Assembly (NCBI GenBank): GCA_964270895.1
Contig: OZ185437.1
From: Podarcis filfolensis
Lineage: Eukaryota
Direction: 5' to 3' (one strand)
Length of the DNA stretch: 64,000 bases
Below are positions 38,093 through 52,280 of the stretch, piece after piece. The position numbers and the translations under genes were made by a program. Numbering within the stretch: position 1 is the first letter of the stretch; each line of letters begins with the position of its first letter. A model generated the notes under the pieces. That model was not told the origin of the DNA, made no database searches, and worked only from the letters and a program-made list of their open reading frames with translations.

Positions 38093-38164
38093 TATTGACA
38101 ACCCTTTTATTAGCTGAGTAAGGGAAATGTCAGCTCAAATGGAATAATCTGCCTAAAGCAACTT

Positions 38165-38262
38165 TGGGTGCCCAGAAGTTGTTGGCCTCCAACACCCATC
38201 AACCCCAGCAAGTTTAGCCAACAGCCAGGGATTATGGGAATTGTAGTTCATTAATATCTGTG
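38165..38262. mobile_element. Fragment of a palindromic hAT-type MITE
   Basis: gaagttgttggcctccaac...gggattatgggaattgtagttc, related to 58660-58788. Confidence 0.5.
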
Positions 38263-38498
38263 GAAGCAAGAATACTGGTTAGCTAAGTTGCAGCTTGTAG
38301 AACATTGATTTATTCCTTGATGCCAAGAGAGATAAGGCAAGGCAGCCGCACATTCTCTGGCATGTGCTCTTCCTGTTCCTGTTGCCCAGTACTCTTCCAC
38401 ATAGGCTGTGTGGTCATCAGGACTTCAGCTGTGCCCCAGAGCAGGCAGGATTAGGGAGAAGGCAGGCAATGACAGCCTCGTTTCCCTCTGCATCAATA

Positions 38499-38727
38499 CA
38501 GTGGTACCTCGGGTTACAGACGCTTCAGGTTACGGACTCCACCAACCCAGAAATAGTACCTTGGGTTAAGAACTTTGCTTCAGGATGAGAACAGAAATCG
38601 CGTGCCAGTGGTGCAGTGGCAGCAGCAAGAGGCTCCATTAGCTAAAGTGGTACCTCAGGTTAAGAACAGTTTCAGGTTAAGAACGGACCTCCAGAACGAA
38701 TTAAGTTCTTAACCCGAGGTGCCACTG
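38499..38727 (-). mobile_element. Family B MITE, copy 5 (229 bp), inverted relative to the others
   Basis: TA|cagtggtacctcgggttacagacgcttc...aacccgaggtgccactg|TA. Confidence 0.93.
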
Positions 38728-39136
38728 TATATCTGAAAAGGTTTCTGTGTTGCAACTTGGCAACACTGCAACTTTTCTAACTGAGTTCACATGCAATTTG
38801 GAAAAGAGCAGGGTTTGAATTATAAAGCTGCTTTACTGCAGATAGTAAGATCTGGGTCTGCTTTGCTTTGAACATTTTTATTATCCCTAAATCTATATGC
38901 TGCCCTTCCTCCCAGAGGTGGCTGGGACAGCAAGCAACAAGCAATAAAACAATCTTAAAAACCAATTCCAATACAGATGCAGGCTGGGAAAGGTCTCTGC
39001 TTAAAGTACTTGTTGAATATTGTTATGCTCACCCCCAAGTTTCCTTGATTTTGTTTCTCCACATTACTGGTGACTTGTGGTGTTTTGTAATGCCTGAATT
39101 TATCTTTGAATTGACAAGTTGAGCATAGTTGGATGC

Positions 39137-39206
39137 ATGTTGGGCAAAAGATTCCTGCATTGCAGGGGGTTGATGACCTTCGTGTTCCCTTCCAACTCTA
39201 CAATGC
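39137..39206 (+). mobile_element. 5'-truncated tRNA/CR1-tail SINE
   Basis: gttgggcaaaagattcctgcattgcagggggttg...cccttccaactctacaat. Same tail as 60819-60962. Confidence 0.7.
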
Positions 39207-40529
39207 TAAGTAATTTAACTCATATTTCAATGTACCCACATGGAATACAGGGGTGTAGGTTCTTTATGGATAATCCCACAGATTGAGGGTAACACAAACA
39301 ATTTAGGGTTTGCTCAGCCATGAGAACTTATCTGTAAGAAGCATCCTGCAGCCCCAGCCGTTGCACTTTTGGAGCAGGTCCAGAACTTATACCCAAGAGA
39401 GAAGAACAGCAAAGTGTCCCAGCCAGCCAGCCCCACTGGAGGAAACCTGCTGGTGAGGACAAGAGCAGACAAAGGGTCACATGCAACATTCTGGGGGAGG
39501 GGAATATATTGACGGATAACCAAGTCTCATTAAAACCAGAATGACTATACAGATTGCGGATTTTTCAATGAGAGTGTCTTAGGTCTGGGCACAAATACAA
39601 GCATTTCAAGTCATGTTGAGGGAATGCCAAAGATCAGAAGTTCAGATTTGTGGTGGCTCTCTACCTGCTGTGCCTAACCTCTGCTCCTGCAGCCGCGATT
39701 ACTGCTTCCCATTGCCCTAAAATCTTTTTAGGTTCTTTGTGTGTATATAGAATGCAATATTGCTATTGTGATATGCAAACCATGTTAGAATATGGACTTG
39801 TGATCCACCCTGCCTGTGTAGCTGGCTCAGTTAGGTTGTCCCAGTCACAAAACACTCTTTTTCTGCAATAACTGTTCGGCCTCAGAGTTGCGTGTCGAGG
39901 TCCCCAGGTCCACCCCAATAACTCACACATCACACAGAATTTTTTGTTTAAGATTTTTGGCATAATTTTGGCCACAACTTTATTAAAATACAAATTTGTG
40001 AGTGGTTGCGTAGGCATTGGTTGCGACTATCTGCCCCCACCATGGGGGACAGACTGACATTCCGCACGATGCGAAAGTCAGAACAGGGGAATACACTTGG
40101 GGGTAACAACGGAGCAGGGAACCTGCCCTCACCCCAAATGCAACCAGGAGCTCATTGCTATGGCCCGAGCCCCTTTGACAGAGTGGACAAGCAATAGTTA
40201 GCCCCCAATTCCTTTAACGGAATCCCTTGCAGCAGCAGCATTAGAGGGGCAGGCACAGCCAATCCATGCCCCTCAACCAACCAAACCATAAACCAATGCC
40301 TAACCGCAACCTTACAAGTTGTGACGATTTGCTACGCAGTAGGCAAAAACCAAATGGCCCCAGCCAATCAGCCAGATGGACAAAATTCCTACCAGGCCCC
40401 CGCTCCAAAGCAGACGACCCCATGACAGGCATAGCAAGGTCAAAGCGAACAACCCTATTCTAGGGAGGGAGGGATGGGCAATCCGATGCACGGGCGAAAA
40501 GAGGAAGTCCTAGCCTCGTGCAAGGAGTT

Positions 40530-40800
40530 TTAGTATTTCTGGCTGTCAATCAATAAATGGCAACATTAACTTCTTCCCAACACAAAGGGAAGCCCCAATA
40601 GCATCAGTGGCCAACGATCAATTAGCCCGCCTCCCAACTTTGGAGTGTCCTGGCGGCCCCCACCGCAACACGTGCTCTCCATGAAGGAGAACACGTTTTA
40701 TGAAGCAAAGTGAAGCTAACGAATTCAGTTTGAATATTATACCGTGCACATGACAGTCAATAAAGGCAAAAGTGAGAAGTTCATTTTTAATGGAACCCAT
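40530..40800. promoter_or_regulatory. Candidate developmental enhancer (Pbx/Meis, posterior Hox/Cdx and E-box motifs)
   Basis: CTGTCAATCA (reverse complement TGATTGACAG) at 40543-40552 overlapping TCAATAAA; TGACAG-TCAATAAA at 40751-40764; CACGTG at 40669-40674. Repeat-free and CpG-retaining. Confidence 0.45.
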
Positions 40801-43800
40801 TACATGTCAGGATTCTCACAGCACACTCAAGAGATGTACACCCCAGGGCTTTTTATTGCCATTCTCAAGTGAATATAGCCATTGCCCTTCTGAGGCCTAG
40901 ACCTAGCATTCCTCAGGGAAATACAAATGAACCCACAAAGTATTGCTTAGTCTCTGGTGTGATTTGTGGAGTTACAGGTAGGGATGTTATACAAGCTACT
41001 GTGGTGTGACTCTGGATGAGGCCAAGGCTTGCATTAACTCTCCCTCTTGTTCAAAGGATCCATGTGCTTTCTTTTTTTAAAAAAATTAATAAGTTGGGTT
41101 TTTTTAAAGACTAAATCAGCTGCATGATTCTGCGGCTCTGAGGAAGAAATTCAGCAGAGATAAGAGTATTCTACAGGAGAGTGGTACAGTTTTTAGAAGC
41201 TTATAAAGACTTCCATAGCAGAATACAAGAGATTAGATAGGTAAGTTGAGAGTGAAAGTCAGCTTCTGTTTCCAAGAATTTGCGCCACCACTTCCATAGG
41301 AGGACTACAGTCTAAATCAGCCCTCCCCAACCTGGTGCTTTTCAGATACTGGCAAGGGCTGATGGGAATTGTAGTCCAAACCACCAAGTTGTGGAAGGCT
41401 GAGATACATGACCAGTGACCTTTTCCTTCATTGCCTGGCTCCTACTGCAATATACTTCACCTTGCTCGCGTGTGCAGCTGCCGTCTCTCCTTTCCATTCC
41501 TTGTCGTTCTGTCTCTCCAACACCACCATGACACTCAGACAAACAGAAAGGACTGGTCTGGCCAAACCATATAGATGCAGCTTGTGGTGGTACCAGCTGT
41601 TGTTCATAAGGTATCTTACTTGCTTAGAAGCATCTGAAAGACCTGTATCTCCAATTTTCATTATTGCCTCCATAAGAAGATATAATAGGCTTAGAGATGC
41701 ATCTTTTCACATTGTTAAAACACACCCACACCCACCACAAGGCGCATGAAAGGTATCCATGGGACATGTTTGGTTTTTCAAAAACGGACATGCTTCCTCA
41801 CCTGTGGGAGGTAATTAAGTATACCTGCAATGTGGAAGATATAGATAAGCGTCTAACGAAGATGTACTTTACAGCAAAACCCTATACTTCCCTGAGAGAA
41901 AGTCTCATTGAACTCCATGGCACTTCTGAATAAGTCCACATAGGCTTGCTCTGCTAATGGTGCTGTTTTTATTTTAAATTCTTTACTGAAAAATAAAAAG
42001 TACTAAAATTACCAGTGCACAGAGTAAGATAAGAAACAAAAAGAGGAAGAAAACAAGAAATAGTACCCACGTAGAAAACAAAACTGAAATAAAGATATTA
42101 ACTGCTAATTCTGTTAAAAATTGTGAATTTCAGAGAGAAAGAAGCTAAAGCACATCATTTTCTTCTGCCATCATAAGTGAGTAAGGCACAATTTGGGGGG
42201 ATATTTTAAAAATCCAATGATTATCTTAATATATCAACTCTAATTAAGCTGTTCAGTTCATTTCCACTGAAAGGCACTTTGTAGAAACCAAGGGAAGTCA
42301 ATTGATTTAAGGATGCTGCAGAAAGAAGGAGCATCTAATTTTACAGGAACATATGAGATAAAAATATTGTGCATTTCTCTCTGTGTGTGTGCATATGCAT
42401 GTACATGACTTTATATAAAGTCTTTCTCTTGATGTAATATTTATACTTCATCTTGCTGGGCATAAAATAACCACTGCTTTTCAAAGCTAATAAAGTTAAT
42501 CTATAATTAATCTAGAATGGTCTCCTAGGGAAATTTTTGGGTATTGTTTCCCCATCAGAAACAGGAGACAGGATTCAATGAGCAATGCAGTTTTCATGTA
42601 CCAAAGTAATCCCAGTGAAGCTGTTGGGGGTAGGGGTAGGAGATGCTATTCATCTGAGCAGCTTTGAAATACTGTGATGGCTATGAAAATGTTTACATTC
42701 TCCCCAGCAGCCTCCTCTGGGCCTTCTTGCGTCCCTATGCACTTATATTTTTCAACTCATCAGTGAATGAACGGTGTTCCTGACAGTGAATGGTAGAGGA
42801 GCAATTATTCCCTTGGGTGACAGTAAAACCATCATAACTCACTTGTGGCCCATAAATGTATCAGGAACTACTCCGCAGAGAAAGACTGCTTGAGATAGAT
42901 CACTGGTCTAATAATAAAATAGAAATCCATTTGGACTGTGAGCTAAGAAGAGCATTAATAACTTTTACGCCAAATGGCATGCCGCATTCTGCAAGGTTTT
43001 TGTTTTGTTTTAAAGAAAAAACTTCCTTCGGGGGGGGGGTCTGTTTCTGGAAAGTATAATTTATCTTAACATTTCATCTGAGAAACTCAATTTCATCCAA
43101 GGATTATAATTTTTACAACAGTCCCAGCCATTCCTACTTAATTTAAGGCTGGACTACAAGTTACAAGTCAAATATGAGATTCCCAACCCCCTGGATTCTC
43201 ATAATGCTGGTGTGATGAGGTGGGGAGGGAGGGGGTAACTGCAGGGAAGAATTGCTGGTCAGGAGGGAGGGGGCTTAATCCCTTGATTGCCTGCTAGGAG
43301 GGATGGAAGAATATGCCGGTTTCCACTCTCTCAGAGTTTACCCACACTTACCTTTTGCCCTACACTTTCCAGGCATAGGTCTGCGCATTATTGTTTAAAC
43401 ATTTCCACGTTTCATTGGATGTCAAGGCTGGATAGCCAGCCTCTCTTCCATACTGAACAGAGAAGAGCTTCTCTCTGTGAGCATGGCACTGGCTGATGCA
43501 GCTGCCTTTTCCCACCTTTGATGGGGTGCGTGTGTGATGAGGGGCATAGCTTAACCATGTTGCGGATCGGTCTCTCTTTCTGGTCTTTTAGAGAAAGCAG
43601 CCATTTTGTGTTATGCCATGTCCCTGAGGCTGCCATTTTGTGATTGGTGCCACAGTCCATTGTCAACATTACAAAGGTGCCTACTGATCCCAAAAGGCTG
43701 GCAACCCCTGGCTTGACTTGTATATTTGTGAACAAACAGATCTTACAAGAAGCTTCCTCCAAAAGGAAATTTAACCTGCCATCTTCCAGTGGTTCATTTT

Positions 43801-46708
43801 TTGGTGGCTGGAGGGCAGGAGGAAGGACAGAAAACGGAAACAACCCATCCAGTGCTCTGAAGCATGGGCCATGCAGGAAGAAAAGACATGAAGAAGCACC
43901 TAGATCTTAAAAACAGAAAATTGCCCTCAAGCCCAAGAATGGGTATAGAGCTTACCCATTGGAATGAATTCTCCGATGGCTGTTGGACTGTTGTTTCTTA
44001 AACAGAGTTGCTGAATGGAAATGTGTTGTTTGCCTTGTATGGCTTTATGAAAGCTTTTGTCAGAGCTGCAGATGCAGTTGAAGCCTGACGTTAATGTTTC
44101 TATGATATTGTATTTCCCAGTTACTGATCATTTACGTTTTCCAGTCTTGTTTGAAACTCAGACTAGAAATCCTGTTTAAGTCAGAACCAGAAATTGTGCA
44201 GCTGTTTCAAAGGGATCCCTTTTTCTCTTTGAAATTTGATCAAGCATTACCATGAGTCCTCATCTGAAGACAGGGTGGAGAACCTCAGGCTGAAGGCATC
44301 CCTCTGGACCTCTCCAGCTGGCCGATGGACCTCTCCTCTGCCCCCTCCCTCACTGGCCTGGTTTTACTCCCTGAACATTCCCCCCTCCCCAGATTCCCAC
44401 TCCTGGTCTGACACTAACCACTGCACCATACTGGCTCTTTCATATCTGATATAAGGTGCTCTGGGGACCATTTTTGTCCAAAACACCACCACTTTAAACA
44501 AAGCAAAACAAAATCTTCAACTCTTGTTGAAAGCAATGGAATGGAACCCGTGGTGACTAACTTAAAGATCACTGATGTTATGAAGTACTTTTGCTATGCA
44601 CACTCACTCTTTCAAAAGGCTAGAACTATTAGAAATATTGTTTTGTAATATGGATTTGCAGTGTTAAGCTCTTGGCAGTAAATTCACAATGCAAAAATTA
44701 ATTTGCATCATACAGCTTTCATTAGCACCAGTTGCAGAGTGCCTTCAATGTCCTTATTGATATGCAGAGCAGCGGAATCAGCAGATCAGCAAGCTGCAGG
44801 AATTAATATATTTCTGTTGAACTTGTTTTATTTCTTACACTGGGGAATTAATCTGTTAACTGGGGGTGCTCATTTGGAAATATAATTATGACTAAATAAA
44901 TGTGCTTCTCTATAATGTGAAAACTTTTACCAGTGCTCAGTTGATCTATTACATATTCAAAACAGTTATGCACACACTCTAACATTTGGAACAAATCCAA
45001 ATAGGCTTTTGCCAAAAAAGATTTTATTTAATGAGACTTCTTGGAAACATAATCTAATAATGGTCCAGTGTACCTGTGATGACACCTTCTCCCATATGAG
45101 CCTTGTTGGCACTAAACTCTTTAGGAGAAGCTGGACTTCCATTTTTCAGGAAACTGAATCTTTTAACAACAGCAAGGTCTTCTTAGTGGTAGCACCACAG
45201 CTACGGTAGGCCTACTATTACCACATTACTTAGATGTGTTATGAGGACTTTTGTTTTGTTTTGTTTACACAGACATTTAGATTTTAATTGTAAGCTGCCT
45301 TGGAAGCTGTGGGAGCTGAATGAATGGATTTTGAAATAATCCTGGAGTGGATTTTTGCCAGCATGGTATATTTTAATTGTATTGTATGAATTAGATCATT
45401 AATTGTTCTTAATCTTATTTTGTACATCACCTGCAGTATTTGTTGATAAAAACAAGTAATAGCTATTAGAAATATTCTAGATAGATACTGATACCCAGAG
45501 AAAGCAGTGTTAATCGAGCACCAGCACATTCAGGAAGTGACAAATCTGAGGTGGTACACCTGAAGACAAGGACTGTGTCCTCAGAGACACTTCACTCAGT
45601 GCCTCCTCCTGCCATTTTGCCAGTGGTCACCAATGCTCTGAGGCCACTAGGCACATTTGCAAAGCAGAGAAACCATCTTAGGGACCACAGTTGTACCACA
45701 GCCACATTGAAGCCACTGCCTACAATGCCTTTTTCCAGCCTAATTTGAGCTTGGTGAGGGGACCCTCTGGGTGCCGTGGAAGACCCCTGAGAGCAAATGT
45801 GCCTCTGTGAGTATCATCTTGGTGACCCCGGTGTAGAGCCTTTCCTCAAATTGTTTATCTCCATGAGTTGTTACTCTTTATTCCTTCCTTCATTTCCCTT
45901 TCCCATTATATAAATCCTAGTTCTTGTGTCCCTCCCTTATTCTATTAGGTTGCCTACCAGTTTCCTACCTACATTTTGGACACAACATGCATTTGTTTTA
46001 GGGCCTTGGCATTTTTTTCTTCTTCATCCATGTAATTGCTTTTCAAACCAAAGTCTTATAGTTCTCTCCACAAGGGATTCCTGGTAGCAAAGTTTCGTTG
46101 CTGGTGTAAGTGAAAGTCCCAAGGAATCTTTTCCTCAGAAGGGAAGCCACTGCGAAAGGGAATGATTCTGAGCAGAGAAGCAGCACTAAAGGAGAGGGTG
46201 AGTGCTTAACCCTTTTCTTGCTTCTGTGCTGCTCTCGCCAGCCCCTCGACTCCCCCATGGGTTTCCAAATGTGTCTTTATTTTCACAAGCATGAATTTGG
46301 AGTCCCACAGAGGAAAGGAGGGAAGGTTATTGGATGCAGAAAGAGAAGTGCAAAGAATCAAAGAGGCTCTGAAGCCATCTGCCTCAGGAGACAGGCAAGA
46401 TGACAGTATCGCCAACAGTAATAGAGAAGTGTGAGAAAGGAAAACATGTTACAAAGTGGGGGTGGGGTGGGGGTCGCATAGCATGAAAAGCAAGGCTCCA
46501 GTAAGTTCTGTGTTAATTTGGCACAGCATGTCATAGAGGATAATATTGGTGTAATAATAATATTACAATTGTCTGCAAAATGAAGCTGTAGATGTGACAG
46601 TGATCCTTTGGCAATGACATTTTTTTCACAGGTAAAGCTGTGAAAAATTCTGAAGCCATCTTCACTGGGCAATTTCTGGAGGGTTCACACATCTTGGTAA
46701 GAAAAGCA

Positions 46709-46726
46709 GGGAGGGAGGGAGGGAGG

Positions 46727-46762
<36 letters not shown>
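46709..46762. repeat. (GGGA)n + (GA)n polypurine microsatellite
   Basis: Read directly. Confidence 0.95.
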
Positions 46763-46765
<3 letters not shown>

Positions 46766-49086
46766 CCTTTATGCTAAAACCCATTAGTATGTTACCGGTT
46801 CGTTGTATTATCTGTATGCAAGACTTTTGTTTATCGTAGCATCTGTCTTACTTTTACATGGGGAAAGGAAAGATATCTGCTTTTTTATTTACTCAGAGCT
46901 GTTCAGTGACTATTCCTAGACACCAAACAATCACTTCATGAAGAGAGTGTGCCTTATTGCTGTGGCAACTGTAATTAGAATAGCAACGCCAGCCAGAGGT
47001 CTTTGGCAACAGCATTTAAGTACTTCCCTAACTTGCGATATGAGAGATGGAAGCTGACACATTTTGTGAGTTCCCTAGGTGCAATTCAACATAGTTGCTG
47101 GCCCAGTGGAACAAACTCTTGCCTCTTCTCCCCATATATTGTTCTGCTTCTCCCAACCCTCTAGAGTAGATTTGGGAGAGGTCTGTAGGGGCGCATTGGG
47201 GGAGAAGAGGGGAGGAAACCCCACTGTGTTAGTAGGAGTCATTCTGCTGGCTTCCACTGTCAGAACAGGTTAATTGTGAATCCTCTCACAAAATATTAGG
47301 GCAGTGCACCACAATGTAAAAATATAACAATTGGTTAAAAGCAGTACAGAACACTCATAAAAGCCTCTGGCTACTAAATAAATTTGGGGACAACTGCATA
47401 GGCTTGTCAGGATAAACCAGTGGCACCTGGTAGCCCCTGGACTTGTGGCAGGGCCAATGAGGTCGCATGGGCAGGGCCAAGTCACTCTGGTTTTCTTCCC
47501 ATCCTCCTCTCTTGCAATGGGGCAGACATCAAAGCGTTGCAGTGATATAACTACTTACTCCTAACTCAACTGAAAAGTGTCTAACCTTGTTTTAGAAGGG
47601 GATCCCTGCTGTCACAATTGCTGGTATGGCTTAATGTAACAATAGCCATGCATTACTCAGTATATTCAACTGGACAGGCTCCCAAATAGGACTAGAGCCC
47701 AAATTGTGCTACACAGAACTGTTAGCAAGTTCCTCCCTAAACTTTCTGCCCTATGGAAAAATATTTTTCACCACCCCTATTTATACACTTCTATACCTTC
47801 TTTCCTGAATATGGGGGGATATTAAATGGAGTAGGGCGTAAGAGACTAGGCTTAAAATCACTACTCATCTATTCAGCTTCCAGCATGATCTTGGGTGATT
47901 TACTGTGAGCCTATGAAGATAAAATGTGGAAGAGAAGAATCATGAATGCCACAAAAGGAGACCAGAAGGAAGACTGGACTATGGTTTTGAAGATTATGGG
48001 GAGGCTCAGAATCTTGGAAGAGCTTTCACTCATATAAATAAGTATTCAAGAGATGCCTGAAAGTCAAAAGGGAGCATTCTCTTGTCAACCAATCCAGCAT
48101 CAGTAGTTTGCATGTGGGCTGAATGGATGTCCAAAATGGTGCTGTGCTCAGGGCAGTGGTAGAGCAGGGAAAGGTGGGATAACACGTGCTGAACTGTATC
48201 CTTCATCCCTGTCCGTGTGTGGAAGTATAAGTACAGCACTAGGTGTGTAGCATGTTTCCTTGTGTGGGATAGATGTATGTTATGTGTTCCCAAGTTGATG
48301 TAAAAACAATCCATGCATTGTCTATATTCAAGGGAGGAAGGCTAGAGAGATGTGACTAGAAGTATGAATAAAAGGAGAGGAAATAAATCTGCATACATTT
48401 ACAATGAGATCTCGGCCAAAAGAACCCCAAGCTCCCACCAAGGTGGAATTTGTAAGCAGCTCTTACAGCAAGGAAATCAAAACACTTGCTAACCAGCAAC
48501 AAGAAGAGGAAAAGCAAGCACAAGATAACATCAGCTGGCAACAATGCCAACATCTTAACTGAAAACATATGATCAATTATTCTGGATTGCTAAATTCTGA
48601 GAAAATCCAGTCCTGCTGGGACTTTACAAAGACTGTCTGGAAAGAGATCCTTACTGTGACCTTTTCCTTCCAGGCTACAAGCACCACTTTTTTGGGAAGA
48701 GAGAAGTTTTAGCACACAGAACATGTTGTCAGCCCTCTTGGGTGACTTATGCTTCTCCTTCTAAACAATGGTTGTTGTCTTGCAGCTCTTTCCCACTGGG
48801 AGTATAAGCTTCCCTTGGCCCTTGTACAACAATTCCTGTCTGCTGCTTTCATCTCTTTCCACAGGGAAAGGTGGTACTGTATGTAAACGCCAAAGGAGGA
48901 CTGTTCGGAGCTGAAATCCTGGCACAACAGAGCATTCCTTCCAGTCTTTGGTATGGCAGAACACAACCAAATATGCAATTCATGTAGCCAGAGATGTATT
49001 TATTGACTCATATAATACAGACTATAGCTCAAAAAATTCAGAAGCCAATTTTTAAAAACCCCTGTAAATCTGTGTATAAGTGGAAT

Positions 49087-49129
49087 ACACACACGCACGC
49101 ACGCGCGCGCGCACACACACACACACACA
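49087..49129. repeat. (CA)n/(CG)n alternating purine-pyrimidine microsatellite
   Basis: acacacacgcacgcacgcgcgcgcacacac..., read directly. Confidence 0.9.
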
Positions 49130-52100
49130 GTATACTGGGTGTTTTTTATTATTATTTTAAAAATGATACTCACCACTATGAGGTTTTTTTGCTGACCATA
49201 AAAGCTATTTGTGCTGGCACCCACAATACTTTTATCAAGAGTATTATGAGCACCTCATTATTACTTTTATTTGATTTGGGGATAGATGAATCTGCCAGTT
49301 TTGGTTTCTGTGAATTTATAATATTTCTAGTTTTAAGTTCAATTATCCACAGTTTCATATCAATTTAAAGCCCTTATAAAATTTCATCAGGATTGTATGG
49401 CAAACCATTTTTACCATATACACATTTCTGAATGCATTTTTGCCTTATATGCACATTTATGCAAAGCAATTTATCCAATAGAATGTATTTTCATGCTACT
49501 TTCACTCATGTATGTATTGATATGCACCCCTTACACTAGTATGTGCACTTTTTTCATTTTAATTGGCTGGAGAAATGCATTGAAGAATTCAGAGCAGTGT
49601 GAATGTCAAAGTCTAGCTGTGCTTTGGTTTGGTTATTGTTTCACAAAGTGTGAATTAGGTCAACTCGCCTTTAGTTTCATAAATACTAATGATAATAACT
49701 GACTTGAATTTCTCCCCAATTCCAACCTTAGAGAAGCCACTGTACTCTCAGCCTCAGCTCCCTGCCTGTATTTTTGGAATAACAATACTTCCCTACTTCC
49801 TGCTGCTGTTGCCCTGAGATATAGTCCGCAAAGTACTTGGGGAGACAAGGAGGAGGATTTTCAGCTTCCATATGGGATGTTGAATGAGATGCTCTGTGTG
49901 CCATTTCCCATCTTGATGTACCGCTGAGCTTCTTTCAAGTGAGGAAGTTAAGTTTTGTGTGTTTGGCTGAACATGCAAAGAGTTTCCCCCAACCAGTGTG
50001 GGAAAGATGAAGGGCAGAGCTGGCACATGTAGGGATGTTGTGTTGAGAAGAGTCTAGTGTGCAGGGCCCTCCATGAATTATAACATGGAAAGTAGCTTGG
50101 AAATGATAATGTTCAAATAAAGCATGTCTCTTGAAAAATAAGCCATCACATTTCGAGACAAGAAACAAGTAAGTTGATCAAATAGTTGATGTATAATTTT
50201 ACAAATGGATGTTGACCATCAATGACATTTTTCAGTTACTTTTACCAGATTTTAGTGCCGAACTCCTCAGCTACTAAAACAAAATTTGAAGAACACATTC
50301 TCTTCAGCCCTGAGAAATCTAGCAGGTAATGTGTGGCTCTAGCCAGGAGTGATGGTCTTATTAGCGAGGGGAATTTACTGATTAACTACTGTTAACAAAA
50401 CATCCTCTCTGAGCGCATTTAGTTTGAAACTGGCAGATAGCTTGCTGGCTGCAGCTCTCTTTATTCCTCTCGGGAGAATAGTAGAGAAATATTTCTCATT
50501 TCAACAGCTTTAGCCTTGGCCTTTCAATAATTTTTACGGCCTCAACTAATAGGTTAACAATTAGTTAAGAGAAACTACCAGACAAATGTCAAGTCGTTCA
50601 CAGGAAGGAAGGAAGGAAGAAGGAGAAAGTTCAAGGGGGAAAGTATGAGGTCTTTAAAAAGATGTGGCTCATTTTCTTTCCAACAAAGAGCTTCGATTAG
50701 TTTTAAAGGCCATGGAGATATAAATGAACACAAACTGTAAATCAGTGGAGGAAGTGGAAAGACCCACTTGCTTTCCACTTTACATGTATCCCACAAGAAA
50801 ATGTCACATGAGCTGATGGAAAGGGAGGCTAATATGGAGCCGTAAAAATAACAAGATTGAGGGGCACTTTTTTCTGTCAGCATCACACTGACCAGGCCAG
50901 GGTGGAAAGGACAGCAGCTGCACACACACAATACATTTAAAGGCACCCCACCGCCCATATAATCATAGGAATTGTAGTTTGCAAAGAGTGCTGGAAATAT
51001 ATATCTGTGAGGTGAACAGTTCTTGGGTTTGCGTTTTTTTTAAAATGTGTGTGCATCAAAAGTGTTCTTGTCAAAAGGGTTGCCAGCCAGTGAATCCTGC
51101 ATTATTCAGGAAGTGCTGCCTACAGCTGGTCATACTCTTTTCATGAAGACTTGGAAGCAGGGCCGGATTTAGATGAAGAGAGGCCCTAGGCTACTCCACT
51201 TGTGAGGCCCCTCCCCCCCCTCACAGCTAGAAGAAAATGGAAGTGTGTTATAAACAAAATTGAGTGAAGCCAAGAATGGTGACGGGTATTTACAATTCTG
51301 CAGTTCACAAATTCTCTCTAAAGGACATAAGATACTATTTTTAAATACCATGGTAGTTTTTAAAAATGCATAAAATTAACACAATTTTTTTTTGCAATAA
51401 CTGAACTTTGTAAACCTTTTGTGGAATAAGCATTATTTTTTTAGGAAAATGAAGTTGTAATATTATTCTTAAAAATAACGGGCAAAGGCCTGGCCAGGGC
51501 AAAGGTGGTTGTCCTCTTATATACCTGCTGGGATTGACAAGGCATCTGACGCTCACCGGAATCTCATAACTCTCCTGACAGGTGATTTGGTCTGCAGCCA
51601 CAGTGTGGAAATAAAGGAAATAAAGGATGAGATTGCCCACCAGATACCCAGCACTCTACTATTCAAATTAGGCCCCAGTGTTTTTGTTACAATCCCCTTC
51701 TCAATGAAGTTATCAATTTTAATCTAGAATTTAAATTCTCAAAACTTTCTTATTTGTTAATTCGAGCAAGTAAACTACTGCTCTCACTTCATTGCAAACA
51801 GTATTTCTACCTGCAACACAAACCTGCTCCTCTTCTTTTCACAGATATTTTGTTGCCATTTGCAACTGTAGCTGCCTCTGATTAGTTATCAATTAACTCT
51901 TTGGGAAAATAATTAGCATACACGTCATGTGCATGGAAGTTGCCTAATCAATTAACCAACTAGAAGGGTTACTGTTAATAGCACCAGTTTTCCTATAACT
52001 TGATATTGCTGGATAGTTTTGATGAACTGCAAAAGCATTTTTAGTTTGCTTTCTGTTGCCACCCTGGAACTTTTCTTTATTAGTGCCACTTTGTTTTGTA

Positions 52101-52256
52101 CGATTCCTTGCAAATGAAGAAAAACAACTTTTCTGCTTGTATATGTTGATAATATAATTTTGGTTACTGAAAACAAACAAGATTGTACAAAAACAAGATT
52201 GGGTGCAGGCCTGACCAGGACCTAGGCGTCCTGACTGTGACAAAGATGACCTGTGT

Positions 52257-52280
52257 GCTTGCTTGCTTGCTTGCTTGCTT
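52257..52280. repeat. (GCTT)6 microsatellite
   Basis: Read directly. Confidence 0.9.

Noticed and set aside
43412-43910. 143-aa and 88-aa ORFs and a possible hAT end at about 43708
   Set aside because: The ORFs lack domains, and no matching left TIR or TSD was found.
51690-51900. Faint resemblance to the hAT transposase C-terminal dimerisation motif
   Set aside because: Only a few residues match and the frame has stops, so it is not distinguishable from chance by eye.
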